Shown here: positions 42,581-55,991 of the stretch, piece by piece
Position numbering within the stretch: position 1 is the stretch's first letter
Layout of the letters: each line of letters begins with the position of its first letter
DNA from: Macrostomum lignano
Taxonomy: Eukaryota
Direction of reading: 5' to 3'
Length of the DNA stretch: 64,000 nucleotides
Assembly (NCBI GenBank): GCA_002269645.1
Contig: NIVC01003694.1
Coordinates: 18,494-82,493 of the forward strand
Program-made: the position numbers and the translations under genes
Notes under the pieces: model-generated
What the model saw: the letters and a program-made list of their open reading frames with translations, nothing else
Databases searched by the model: none
Told to the model about the DNA's origin: nothing

Positions 42581-44445
42581 TCAAGAATCCATCTTCATCA
42601 CCCACAGTTTCTCATCGTTGTTGTCCGCGCCAGTTCTCTGTTGCGCAGACGAACGACTCTTAGAACTAAACCGGCACAGCATCACTCGACTTCCGATCTC
42701 AAAAGTCAACAATGCGTACAGCCGATTGCTGAGAATCAAATAGCGCAGATCGGACTTGGCCGCACTAACAGTCTCAGACAGCATGGCTATGAGAAAATTG
42801 AAGCTGAACAGCACAACGATGAGGTGAAGAGTGACAAACACGAGGCCCAGACGGTGCAGAGACGCCTCAGAGAATGTCATAGCACTGATGGCTCGGTAGA
42901 AACCCATCGCTAGACCCAGAGGTCCGAGGTCGCTTGGAAATACGGGATCGCACGGCACAATCAGAGCCACTAGCCAGGAGCAGGTGAACAGAATTCCGGT
43001 TGCGCCAGCCGCAAATGACAACACTCTGCTCAAGCAGCACCAGATCAGCATCAGCGTATCGATCAGCATCAGCCAGTCGAACAGGGCAGCAATTCCGCAG
43101 AATCCATACAGCAGACAAGTTGAGAAGTCCAGCACACGAATCGCCGCCTTCCATTCAGTCAAAAATTCGGTCGGATCGACTGATTCAGCTAGTTTTTGCT
43201 TGAGAAACTGACTCAATGGTATTGATGTCAGTGTGACTATCACAGCCAAGTGAGTGCTCAAGACGACTATTTTTCCTTGAAGGTGCCTCAGCAAGGCTGC
43301 AGTATAGGACTCGTCTGCAAAAAGGAGCTATGTTTATAGTTCGTTGTTTTAATGCCAATTATTATTTTGAATTTTTTACCTGGCTCCTTCGTGGTATATA
43401 CGTAAGTGTGAAAGCAGGCTACAACGCAGCTGCATTCCACCCAGTAAAAAAGTAAAGCAAACCAAGTTAAGATGCGTCCTAGTGGACTGTTCAAAAAGCC
43501 CCGGACCTCTGCTTGTGCGTAATATCCACCACATTCGGTGGTTAGATTTCCACTCTTTGGTTTGTAAACTTTTTCCGTATAGTCGATGTAGAAATCGGAG
43601 TACGCCAGAAGGACGACGAGCGCTTTGATCACGACACAAAAGCAGCCTTTGGCAAAGAAGAAACGCCTTCGCTTCTGAAGCAGACACTCTGACCAGTTGG
43701 AAATCAGCTGCGAGTCCCAGAAAGCTCGCATGGGATTTGTGAGGTGGTAAACCGAGTCTATTGACAGCGTATTAAGCGGATGTTTCGCAGCTCTTTGTCC
43801 ATGCGACAGAGAGTAATCGCTGATGTCGATTTGCAGCATCTGTGCACCACCAAACACTTTAGATTCCGTTTGATAAGTTGGTGAATTCAGTAGAATCCAG
43901 GACGCTATCTGGTACTTCTGAGCTGCAACCGCTTCCTCGAGAGCGTTTCGTCCTGTGGACGGGTTTTCGACAGACAAACACCAGCAAGTCAGCGTTGGAA
44001 AGGTGCGGAGCATTGACTGAAGAAAGGCTACAGCGGCTGTCTCGTAGCTGTCAGCCGCACCAGCGAGTGTCAGTTTCGCCAACAGACAGTGAACTGGCAG
44101 CGGCCGCGGCTTGGCCATAGACAGTTGAACAGTGAGTTGGTCAGCCGAGACAGCTGACTCGTGATTGACAAGCTGCTGCAAGCACTTCATTGACATGGCA
44201 CTGAATGCGGTCTCCAGTAGGGTGCAATGCTTAGCCAGGAATTGCAGTTCGGGAAGCAATTTCGGACTCGGTGGGGCAGTTGCAGACGGTAGCGACATCA
44301 GCAACAGCTGCTGTTGGTCATCGTTTTTAACCAGTACGGACTCCTCGCTCAGCTGTAGCAAGCACAGGAGGTCAACGTCGTCATCATCTTGAAGAATCTT
44401 GATCAACCTTTGTTGCATCAATTTTGTTTGCCGTTCAACGTCCAT
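42581..44445 (-). CDS. Divergent TRP-family (TRPV-like) cation channel, about 600 aa; exons 44445-43380 and 43314-42581
   Basis: A 65-nt phase-1 GT-AG intron (43379-43315) joins the two supplied ORFs. Ankyrin-like 'GRNALEEAVAAQKYQIASWILL', multiple hydrophobic segments, and an S6/TRP-like 'FNFLIAMLSETV' (cf. TRPV LNMLIALMGETV). Confidence 0.65.
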
Positions 44446-45159
44446 CAATTAAAAGTCTAGGATTGTCTTTGCCTGACTATAGCTCAGGGACTTGTCAATG
44501 ATTTCTCCAGACTGGTCTGTTCAGCAAATATATTCCCAATTTTTGGGCGCTCACAGCTCCCTCCGCAAACAAACTTCAGACGCATCAGCTGCAGCCAGTA
44601 TCCATGCAGTTTATACATAACCGACGAATTTCATCGACAAATAGACAGCTATGGATGTAGACTAAAATTTTTCCCCGAGAAAGTAAATAGCCACTGGACA
44701 TTGTTGTCATACCTTGAGCAAATATCACAAACCTTCTAGCGAATTCCATGCTGATTCAATACAGCGAAATTGAGGCCCGCGACAGCAAACTACCAATTAA
44801 CTTAGCTACTGTTTGGTCAGTATAGCTGGCTTTTTCATGAATGCAAAAAGTCAGCCATGGATGCAAATAGGAATTTTCGCGATTATCGTTCTGCTAATTA
44901 AACGGGTTGGTCTCATCTCCTGTCTCTGGGGGAACAGATGCATGCAGAGATGGGTTTTTTTATAGTCGGTCGGAAAAATTCCATCTAAAAAGATAGGAAC
45001 AGTTGAATTTTCTGTAGATATTCTTCTTTCTGGGTAATTTCTTTTCTCTGGGTAGAATTTCTTATTAAAAAAACTGCTCGACAAATATGTGAATTGGTTT
45101 GTAAAGTTTCAAGCTTCGTTTGTGAAGTATACGCTTGTAATTCAAGATTTTAAAGTAAT

Positions 45160-45860
45160 CTTCGGGCTTGTGAAGTTTCGAGTTTTTGAAGTACGCTCGT
45201 ATCTTGAGATTTTGAAGTACTTGTAATTTTCGGGCTTGTGAAGTTTCGAGCTTGTGAAGGTTCGAGTTTTTAAGTTTCGAGCTTGTGATGTTTCGAGCTT
45301 GTGTAGCTTCGAGTCTGTGAAGTTTCGAGCTTGTGTAGCTTCGAGCTTGTGTAGCTTCGAGCTTGTGTAGCTTCGAGCTTGTGTAGCTTCGAGCTTGTGT
45401 AGCTTCGAGCTTGTGTAGCTTCGAGCTTGTGTAGCTTCGAGTCTGTGAAGTTTCGAGCTTGTGTAGCTTCGAGCTTGTGTAGCTTCGAGCTTGTGTAGCT
45501 TCGAGCTTGTGTAGCTTCGAGCTTGTGTAGCTTCGAGTCTGTGAAGTTTCGAGCTTGTGTAGCTTCGAGTCTGTGAAGTTTCGAGCTTGTGTAGCTTTGA
45601 GTCTGTGATGTTTCGAGCTTGTGTAGCTTCGAGTCTGTGAAGTTTCGAGCTTGTGTAGCTTCGAGTCTGTGAAGTTTCGAGCTTGTGTAGCTTCGAGTCT
45701 GTGAAGTTTCGAGCTTGTGTAGCTTCGAGTCTGTGAAGTTTCGAGCTTGTGTAGCTTCGAGTCTGTGATGTTTCGAGCTTGTGTAGCTTCGAGTCTGTGA
45801 AGTTTCGAGCTTGTGTAGCTTCGAGTCTGTGATGCTTCGAGCTTGTGAAATTTCGAGGCT
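45160..45860 (+). repeat. 16-bp minisatellite (GCTTGTGTAGCTTCGA / GTCTGTGAAGTTTCGA)
   Basis: Directly visible. Confidence 0.96.
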
Positions 45861-46451
45861 CTGAAAGATTCTGACTTTCGACAATGTGATAATTCGAGCT
45901 TATGCAACGCCCCGCATCCACTACTGGCTCAAACCCTTCGCTTAAACTCTGTAGCCTGACTGACAGCTGAATTCTATCAAATGGTTTAGGTTAGACAGCT
46001 TGGGTAGAACTTGAACAACTCGTGTGACAATGATGCTCAGGTCCATCTCGTTTTCTATCTCTACCTCTCCAAACATCGCACAAAGAGGGGGCAAACCCAT
46101 CTAAGGAGCATGCAAGCAGCAGAAAATGAGAGCCGAGGACTCGGGTCACACGCCATATTATATAGTCTAAGAAACCGTGCATACACATTCCAAAATACCT
46201 ATTAGGACTTAATTTTACAGCTGCCCGCCCCAATCTCCGAGGGATAATAAAATGAATAAGAAAGACACACTGGCAGAGCTGCAGGGTCACGTGTGTCGGA
46301 GTTGAAGCAGAGCTGCCGCAGAAAGATGACTCATAGATGCGATTATAAAAGAAGAATACAGAAGCAGATTTTGGACCGGCAATAGCGCTTGTTTATTTTG
46401 TAATTTTTAATTCCGACAAGAGTTGACATTAGAGACGACCAGCTGACAAAT

Positions 46452-46718
46452 ATGAGTCCACAACAGTTTCGCATTGTCAAACGGTGCCTGCCTCTGTCAT
46501 TGCTGATGATGCTGGTCCTGTGCACAGTCGGTACACTCGATGCGACATCGGACTTTGCAAACGACCAAGTTATTGAAGAACCGGACAGCGAGCTGCAGGG
46601 ACTTTCGGACGCCGAAGACAATCTGCAGGGTGAGCAGCAGATTGACGAGGACAATTTCGATGATGAAGACCTCAAAGACTCGGTCGCGGTCAAGTATCGT
46701 AGAGATAAAATTGGATAG
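46452..46718 (+). CDS. Small secreted protein / prepropeptide candidate (88 aa, possibly continued by splicing)
   Basis: Hydrophobic signal-peptide-like 'LPLSLLMMLVLCTVGTLDA', then 18 D/E in 45 residues, ending 'VAVKYRRDKIG*'. TATAAAA at 46344-46350. Confidence 0.55.
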   Translation: MSPQQFRIVKRCLPLSLLMMLVLCTVGTLDATSDFANDQVIEEPDSELQGLSDAEDNLQGEQQIDEDNFDDEDLKDSVAVKYRRDKIG

Positions 46719-47087
46719 AGGTTCGCTGATCTTCGAATCGACGGAGACTTGGCTTTGAAGACTGTTTTTGCTACTACGAGTACAAATTCAATGGACGTGA
46801 TTTCAACGCTATGAATGTGATTGTGTTGCATATCGTCAAATCGGTTTTTATTGGTTATTTCTCAAACTAATAACTTTCCAATATGAAAATAATATTATAT
46901 CTATGAAAAACTTGTATACATCAACTATACATTAATAAAATATGTTTTGAATCAGTATATTTTTCAAGTTAAACGCTAACTGGTTTTGATACTACTCCTT
47001 TAATATTAAGTAGTATGAAACGCTTTCTTTGAACTAACGATACAATTTTTAGCCATAAAAGAAGATGCGACGTATCCCTTGAAATAG

Positions 47088-47390
47088 TGAATCCATGACA
47101 GTGAATGAGTGAATCCATGACAGTGAATGAGTGAATCCATGACAGTGAATGAGTGAATCCAAGGCTTGAAACATTCAAATGGACACGTCTGATACACAAA
47201 AATGGACACGTCGGACACACCCAAATAGACACGTCTGACACACTCGAATATACACGTCTGACACACCCAAATAGACACGTTTGACACACCCAAATGGATG
47301 TGTATGACACACCAAATGGACACGTCTGACACACCAGATAGACATGTCTGAAACACCCAAACGGAGGTGTATGACACACAAAATGGACAC
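47088..47390 (+). repeat. Two short ~22-bp minisatellites (GTGAATGAGTGAATCCATGACA; AAATGGACACGTCTGACACACC)
   Basis: Directly visible. Confidence 0.85.
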
Positions 47391-47529
47391 ATTTAATTTT
47401 ACCTATAGGAGCTGCACTCATGCAGTCTTCGCAGAATTCACAGTTCCGCTAATTCACCAACCCCCAGTTGGGTATAAAAAATCAATCAATGAAAAATCGA
47501 TCAAGCTCACAGTTAGTTGAGCTCAAGGC

Positions 47530-47530
47530 A

Positions 47531-47590
<60 letters not shown>
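47530..47590 (+). repeat. (GA)n microsatellite
   Basis: Directly visible. Confidence 0.95.
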
Positions 47591-48042
47591 TAAAAGCTAC
47601 TGGTGAATTTTTCCAGGAATGAGAACCTGCAAACAGAGTACAGTACTCAAGAAATTGAATTTGACTCAGTTGCACAAAACCACCATACCCAATAGCTGGT
47701 GTTTAATCCCAAGCTATTTGAATCGTAAAATGTGGAATTTCAGTTTACAAAATGCAAAAATGAATATATACTCTGTAAAATTTTCCTCAGAGGGATATTC
47801 ATAAGTCAAAAAAGGCATCTACAAGCATAGGTTAAAATTTCTCTTTAATCTTTTGACAGAGTAAAGTTATGAGCACTAAGAGAAGTAATGGTAAAAATTC
47901 ATGCCACAAAATCTGCTTTTGTCAATCAATCGACTATGAAAGACTGGTAAGATGTGCGCCTGTCAATAACCTTGATTTTCTAATAGCATACGAGTACGTG
48001 GAAATTCATGATCGGATGGTGAATTCGTTTTACTCGTAATTA

Positions 48043-48745
48043 ACCATAGACTATTGGCTGGTGCAGACCATAGACTATTGGCTAATGCAGACCATAGACT
48101 ATTGGCTGGTGCAGACCATAGACTATTGGCTAATGCAGACCATAGACTATTGGCTAATGCAGACCATAGACTATTGGCTAATGCAGACCATAGACTATCG
48201 GCTAATGCAGACCATAAATTTATTGGCTAATACAGATCATAAACTGTTGGCTAATGCAGACCATAGACTATTGGCTAATGCAGACCATAGACTATTGGCT
48301 AATGCAGACCATAGACTATCGGCTAATGCAGACCATAAATTTATTGGCTAATACAGATCATAAACTGTTGGCTAATGCAGACCATAGACTATTGGCTAAT
48401 GCAGACCATAGACTATTGGCTAATGCAGACCATAGACTATTGGCTAATGCAGACCATAGACTATTGGCTAATGCAGACCATAGACTAATGGCTAATGCAG
48501 ACCATAGACTAATGGCTAATGCAGACCATAGACTATTGGCTAATGCAGACCATAGACTATTGGCTAATGCAGACCATAGACTAATGGCTAATGCAGACCA
48601 TAGACTATTGGCTAATGCAGACCATAGACTAATGGCTAATGCAGACCATAGACTATTGGCTAATGCAGACCATAGACTATTGGCTAATGCAGACCATAGA
48701 CTATTGGCTAATGCAGACCATAGACTATTGGCTAATGCAGACCAT
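48043..48745 (+). repeat. 24-bp minisatellite (GCAGACCATAGACTATTGGCTAAT)
   Basis: Directly visible. Confidence 0.96.
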
Positions 48746-49104
48746 GGGCTTGACTATAATGTTCGACTAAAGGTCCGACTAAAACTGACAAAATTTCAAG
48801 TACATGTAACCTTATTTCTGATATATACCACGAAGTCTTGAACGATACAGTTACATTAATGTATAGTCAACTTGTTTTTTCTAGCACAAGTGTCCTTAAA
48901 TTATAATCGAAACTTGACTAGATTTGATTGCTTACATCATAGCTACATTTAGTATGTAGCGATATAGAAATGGTCAGTCTACATTCCAATCTTGTAGTTT
49001 GCTATCGTGCCTGATGGCGACACACTGAACACTGATTATTAGTCAGGTGACTTGGGCCGCGTTTGAAATTTTCTTTATCTAAGACTGATCAGTTCTAGCC
49101 AACA

Positions 49105-49915
49105 ATGAAGACAGGCACTAAAACCGGCATGAAGACAGGCACTAAAACAGGCATGAAGACAGGCACGAAGAAAGGCATGAAGACAGGCACGAAGACAGAC
49201 ATGAAGACAGGCACTAAAACCGGCATGAAGACAGGCACGAAGACAGACATGAAGACAGGCACTAAAACAGGCATGAAGACAGGCACGAAGAAAGGCATGA
49301 AGACAGGCACTAAAACAGGCATGAAGACAGGCAATAAACAGGCATGAAGACAGGCACGAAGAAAGGCATGAAGACAGGCAATAAACAGGCATGAAGACAG
49401 GCACTAAAACAGGCATGAAGACAGGCACGAAGAAAGGCATGAAGACAGGCACTAAAACAGGCATGAAGACAGGCAATAAACAGGCATGAAGACAGGCACG
49501 AAGAAAGGCATGAAGACAGGCAATAAACAGGCATGAAGACAGGCACTAAAACAGGCATGAAGACAGGCACGAAGAAAGGCATGAAGACAGGCACGAAGAC
49601 AGACATGAAGACAGGCACTAAAACAGGCATGAAGACAGGCACGAAGACAGACATGAAGACAGGCACTAAAACAGGCATGAAGACAGGCAATAAACAGGCA
49701 TGAAGACAGGCAATAAACAGGCATGAAGAAAGGCACGAAGACAGGAATGAAGACAGGCATGAAGACAGGCACGAAGACAGACATAAAGACAGACACTAAA
49801 ACAGGCATGAAGAAAGGCACGAAGACAGGCATGAAGACAGGCACTAAAACAGGCATGAAGAAAGGCACGTAGACAGGCATAAAGACAGGCACTAAAACAG
49901 GCATGAAGACGGCAA
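49105..49915 (+). repeat. 12/24-bp minisatellite (GAAGACAGGCAC / TAAAACAGGCAT)
   Basis: Directly visible. Confidence 0.95.
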
Positions 49916-50569
49916 GACAGGAACAAGCAAAACGAACAAACTGATTGGAGAGCAGTATGTAGAAGACTTGGAATGGAAGTAGAAATTGAGATGATGAGCA
50001 GCAACTGCGACGGATATAATATTTCGCACAATAATAGGAGGTCATAAAAGCATTTTGTGACATCAGGTTACTGCTGGTGTGGAATAGTGTTGACTCAATG
50101 ACACTGCTCAGCCGCTGCCATTCATCAGATATCAAAGCTGCATTGGCCTTAGCCTGAGTAGGTCTCACTCTTCCCCCGTTGGTAACCATGGCAAATGCGC
50201 GCGGGGGTTCTTGGATGGGGAGAATGGAATGTGGGGTAGATTCTCCCAGTAGAGAGAAAGACCTCAACCGTTTACTCAACCTGATCACGTGCTTAGAGCA
50301 TGCTCAAGGTATAGCTAGCTATATTCGCCCGACTAGAAAAATCAATCGTTACATCTTTTGTAGTCTTTTATGGTAAGTATCTCTATTTAGAGAAAGGTCT
50401 GCAAAGTTGTTTATACAATCTGACAACCATAAGGGGGTAAGAACTTAACCTTCTGATGGGGGATCAGCAGGGGCGTCGACATGGATTTTATGGTGGGGGG
50501 ACAAAGCCAAGAATTCAACATGTACATGACTAAATTCCTACATGTCCATTATTTTGAGAATCGGTGTTG

Positions 50570-51140
50570 AAGCGCTCATTTTGGCGCCGCAGGTACTCAT
50601 TTTCGCGCCACAGATACTCATTTTAGCGCTGCAGGCACTCATTTTAGCGCCGCAGGCACTCTTTTTAGCGCCGCAGGCACTCATTTTAGCGCCGCAGGCA
50701 CTCTTTTTAGCGCCGCAGGCACTCTTTTTAGCGCCGCAGGCACTCTTTTTAGCTCCGCAGGCACTCATTTTAGCGCCGCAGGCACTCTTTTTAGCGCCGC
50801 AGGCCACAGGCACTCATTTTAGCCGCCGCAGGCACTCATTTTAGCGCCGCAGGCACTCTTTTTAGCGCCGCAGGCACTCTTTTTAGCTCCGCAGGCACTC
50901 ATTTTAGCCGCCGCAGGCACTCTTTTTAGCGCCGCAGGCCACAGGCACTCATTTTAGCCGCCGCAGGCACTCATTTTAGCGCCGCAGGCACTCTTTTTAG
51001 CGCCGCAGGCACTCTTTTTAGCTCCGCAGGCACTCATTTTAGCTCCGCAGGCACTCATTTTAGCTCCGCAGGCATTCTTTTTAGCGCCGCAGGCACTCAT
51101 TTTAGCGCCACAGGCACTCATTTTGGCGCCGAAGGCGCTA
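50570..51140 (+). repeat. 21-bp minisatellite (TTTTAGCGCCGCAGGCACTCA), preceded by a MITE-like end at ~50464
   Basis: Directly visible units. The upstream CAGGGGCGTCGAC..GTGGGGGGAC resembles non-autonomous DNA-transposon termini. Confidence 0.93.
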
Positions 51141-52122
51141 TATTATGGCGCCCGGAAGAAAACTGATTGATTGCCACAACGGGACACATGGTGGGGTGGA
51201 GGGACAAAGCATTAGCATCCAGGAGGACACATAGTTGCCGGAAAAAGCAACAAGCAGAATCCTCCAAGAGAAGAAGAGAAGGGTTATTTTTTAGGGGATT
51301 GAAGAATGGCTCTTGTAGGACCTCCCTCTTGCCTGTAGGTTGCAGTAGACAGTACAGAGACTCAAAAATAGCAACGAGACTTTCCTCATCAAACAGTAGC
51401 TATAGGCCATAACAAAAGCAGTCACATTACTTTGACAAAGCGACGGCATCATAGTATAGAGATGGATTGAGAATGGAAACTATATTATATAGTATATACC
51501 CTATGCAGAGCGTGAGGCAGAAGTGTATATATAATGAATCATTAATTAATTTTGTTTCTGAATTTTCTAACATGATTTCTTATACTCTTGGCTTTAAATA
51601 CACTGAAGTATTCTATCTCTCAGACCCTTCAGGTCTGCAACTGTTACCCTCCTTGTGTGTCATACAGGATGTAGATACTAAATTAAAGATAAACTCGCGG
51701 ATGTGGCCTGAGGACTGCAGTATACAAACACAGCAGTTTAGTAAAGCAGTACCTTATATTCGAATTTGTTAAAGAAAAGAGCAACGAGTTTCAGATAAAG
51801 GTGCAGTTTAAAGACGCAGATGATGTGGTTTACGCTTGTACTAAGCTGATTCGTGTGGCTAAGCTAAGACTCTGAAATTAGGGTGGGGGTGGGGCAGCAA
51901 AATGTACGGTCTCCTGGCATGGCAGTTTCCATCTATGCTACCTTTCTGAGTTCATTCTGACCCCGCCCAAAAACTCTATGCTGCGCAGCTTAGGAGTGTC
52001 GAAGCCTTAGCAATAGGAAAACGACTCAGAATATACGCTTGGAGTTCGTTCGAACGCATATACATAGCTAGTCTTATTATCTGTTACTAAAATGAGCGGA
52101 CAGGCAAATGGAAAAAATACAT

Positions 52123-52138
52123 GACAGACAGACAGACC

Positions 52139-52218
<80 letters not shown>

Positions 52219-52253
52219 CTAAGACAGACAGACAGACAGACAGACAGACACTA

Positions 52254-52314
<61 letters not shown>

Positions 52315-52317
52315 CTA

Positions 52318-52366
<49 letters not shown>

Positions 52367-52369
52367 CTA

Positions 52370-52418
<49 letters not shown>

Positions 52419-52525
52419 CTAAGACAGACAGACAGACAGACAGACAGACACACAGACAGACAGACAGACAGACAGCAGACAGACAGACAGACAGACAGAC
52501 AGAAGACAGACAGGCAGGCAGGCAG
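52123..52525 (+). repeat. (GACA)n microsatellite with CACTAA interruptions
   Basis: Directly visible. Confidence 0.97.
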
Positions 52526-53014
52526 GTATAGAAAAGCAGATATCATTAAAGGTAATGATGGCTAATTTAATATTGCAGCTCTGCTCTGCAGAAATCTGTT
52601 TTCGTGCTCAGGTGCTCAGAGCTTACTGTAGGCTCTTACTTGCAAAATTTGAGAATGCTTTTTATAATTGAGGCTTCACTATTGGCCTCACTCTTTAATG
52701 AGTCCTCCACTTGAGCATTCCTTTTTCGATTAGTTAAGCTTGTTGGTGCCCTTGGTTTGTTCTCTTCGTCATTACCTGTGCAATGCTATCCTATGTACAG
52801 GTGGGATTTGCATGTCATCCTTTCGCTATTGCTTTCAAAATGTATAGCGCAAGAAGCAGATATCCGATAACTGTTTTTGTCATATTGATGTGAAATATTG
52901 CCACAAAAGCATAGCAAAATTAATTGTTAAAAGAGCGATACATGATGCATTTGAGAATAGCGTTAGAGGGTGACAGATAAGATAATTTGGGAGGTCAGGG
53001 AATTTAGTTGCCGG

Positions 53015-53990
53015 ATGTCAGGGGAAGCTAAATGGGGTGTAAGGGGAAGCTAAATGGGGTGTCAGAGGAACTAAATGGGGTGTCAATGGAAGCTAAATGG
53101 GGTGTCGGTGGAAGCTAAATGGGGTTTCAGGGGAAGCTAAATGGAGTGTCAGAGGAACTAAATGGGGTGTCAGGGAAAGCTAAATGGGGTTTCAGGGGAA
53201 GCTAAATAGGGTGATAGGGGAAGCTAAATAGGGTGATAGGGGAAGCTAAATAGGGTGACAGGGGAAGCTAAATAGGGTGATAGGGGAAGCTAAATAGGGT
53301 GATAGGGGAAGCTAAATAGGGTGACAGGGGAAGCTAAATAGGGTGACAGGGGAAGCTAAATAGGGTGACAGGGGAAGCTAAATAGGGTGACAGGGGAAGC
53401 TAAATAGGGTGACAGGGGAAGCTAAATAGGGTGACAGGGGAAGCTAAATAGGGTGACAGGGGAAGCTAAATAGGGTGACAGGGGAAGCTAAATAGGGTGA
53501 CAGGGGAAGCTAAATAGGGTGACAGGGGAAGCTAAATAGGGTGACAGGGGAAGCTAAATAGGGTGACAGGGGAAGCTAAATAGGGTGACAGGGGAAGCTA
53601 AATAGGGTGACAGGGGAAGCTAAATTGGGGTTTCAGGGGAAACTAAATGAGTAGTCGGGAAGCTAAATGGGGTGTCAGGGAAGCTAAATGGGGTGTCAGG
53701 GGAATCTAAACGGGGCGTCAGTGGAAGCTAAATTGGGATGTCAGGGAAAGCTAAATTGGGGGCGTCAGGGGAAGCTAAATGGGGTGTCGGGAAGCCAAAT
53801 GGGGTTTCAGGGGAAGCTAAATGGGGTGTCGGGAAGCTAAATGGGGTTTCAGGGGAAGCTAAATGGGGTGTCAGGGGAAGCTAAATTGGGTGTCAGGGGA
53901 AGCTAAATGGGGTGTCAGGGGAAGCTAAATTGGGTGTCTGGAAGCTAAATGGGGTGTCAGGGGAAGCTAAATGGGGTGTCAGGGAAGCCA
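53015..53990 (+). repeat. 21-22-bp minisatellite (GGGGAAGCTAAATAGGGTGACA / GGGGAAGCTAAATGGGGTGTCA)
   Basis: Homogeneous centre, degenerate flanks. Confidence 0.96.
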
Positions 53991-55991
53991 AATGTGAATT
54001 TACATCATGTACAGGCCGCATATTAACTGAATGATGAATGAATCAACGAACGATGAAAAAATATCTATGTACATGATTAACATGATAAATGCATGCATAA
54101 GTATTTGGTCCGTGTTGACACTGAACAGGTGGCATAGTGACAAGTGGCGTGACTTTTGCACCTTGCAAGGTACAAAAATAATAGTTTGACTTTTTACAGG
54201 TGAATTTTTTTTCTAAACTTCGTATCGGGTGCAAGTGCAACGCAAGTTCATGTTTACAAATTACAATCTTCCATGCCATAATTCTTATATCTTATCTTCT
54301 CGAGTCAATTCCGATTCTGAGTCTCGGCTTGGGGTTTATTAATCATAATTTTTAACACAGAAATGAGTCATCACATGTAACTCTTTACAATCTGAACCAG
54401 GAATGTTCATAATTTTCTGTAATTTACGATATGTTAAACAGCATAGGTAAATGTAGTTGGTTGCCATGGTAGCACTGAGTAGACAAACTCAGTAACTAAA
54501 TAGTAGTGGTCGTATATATTTATATGAGCAAATATATACGCCCGTAAAAGAGCACATGGACTGACTCTAGGAGGAAAGGTAAACATACACAGTACACACA
54601 TGCAGATAGCGGAATGCGCAATACGATCTGTGTAAAAATTAAATATATAATTATAATGCTTTATTAAATCACGTCACGCCACTAGCAAACGTACGCACTA
54701 CGCAGTGCGTTAGCTAAGTCTGTGCTTAACTAAGGCAGTTACTGTTTCACAATTTAACAAATGCTTAATGCTTATTCAGCACATTAATTCGACAGTCTAC
54801 TTGGTGAACTCTTTTTCTAGCTCTGTCTTCTATTAAATTGAGCGTTGTTTGAATGTTTGATTGTTTGAGAAAATTGTCGAGGAGTTTAGTAGGACTAAAT
54901 AAACGAAATACGAAATGAATAAGCGTGTGGTATGATGCACGTTTACGATCATGCGAACTCCGAACTACAACTACCTACAACAAGTTCGCCAATCTTGCAC
55001 ACACAAAAGCCCTTTCAATGGCGTGAGGGGAAAGAGTGCGTACTAAAGATGGTGTTTTTAACCGTTTGTTCGCTGGCGAGAGAAAACTGGTGCGAACCTC
55101 TCCACACACCGATGGAGGGGGAATCCCTCGCGAAGGGTTGCCTGCACGCTCCGCTCGTTTGCTGGGGGTTCCCTCAAAGTTCGCGAGAACCTCAAAATGG
55201 AACGAGATGAGGGGGTGGTGGCGTGGTTGGTCTATGCAATGGACAGAATCGCGGGCCGCTGAAAAATGGTTCCACCGCCTACCCAAGGACGTTTATTTTG
55301 TTCGTTCATCTTATTCATCCAATAGATAGTGGAGGACCCCATATTCACTCCCCCGATGCCCCCAATTGGACAGGGCCCACAACCCCCGGGGCGGTCCATT
55401 CACTAGTTGGACTTAAATGTACAGTGGGCTCAGAGCTTGTGAGAGGCTATGCATGACGTGTTCGTTTTTTTACAGGGCCATAAGAGAGGGTGTGTGCTTC
55501 TAATATATGGGAATACAGCATAATAAAACCAGCGCCTGTCTGAATCTGCTTTTTCTTCTTTCTGGCACTGTTCTAAATAAGCAACCGGCTAAGAGAAAGA
55601 CAGACAGACACAGACAGGAGAAAAATTTCCATTGAAGAGACGGCGGCGCTGGCAACAACAACACTCGCTTAAGACCAAGCCATTCAGTGATTCACTCTGC
55701 TGGCGTGATGCCGTGATCTATAACTAAAGCTTTTACGATATTTTAAAACCTTAACTTCAAAGTTCGCGCTTTTCTATAACTAAGCTGTGGTCCTCCCGTC
55801 AGTCGTCACTGAAGCGCTGCCTTGTCTGCCAGTTAAATGGCTAGTAATTGCTAACAAAGAATACTATTTAGGCCTTTTTATTTGCATTTAGTTGATAGCT
55901 TTACAAAAATCTTACCCAAATCTTAGTTACGGAATTACTTATTATGTTTTTGTTTTACTGACTTACTGACTTAAGTAATACAAGTATATTT

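Noticed and set aside
51467-51870. 101-aa plus-strand ORF and an overlapping ~50-codon frame
   Set aside because: No motif, homology or supporting splice signals that I could identify.
54690-54730. Helitron 3' end (ACGCACT-ACGC-AGTGCGT hairpin followed by CTAA)
   Set aside because: Spacing to the CTRR is too short, there is no A|TC 5' end, and no second copy in the window.
54932-55456. Four overlapping ORFs in a GC-rich patch upstream of MFSD2
   Set aside because: No recognisable domain or splice-consistent structure; more likely regulatory or decayed repeat DNA.
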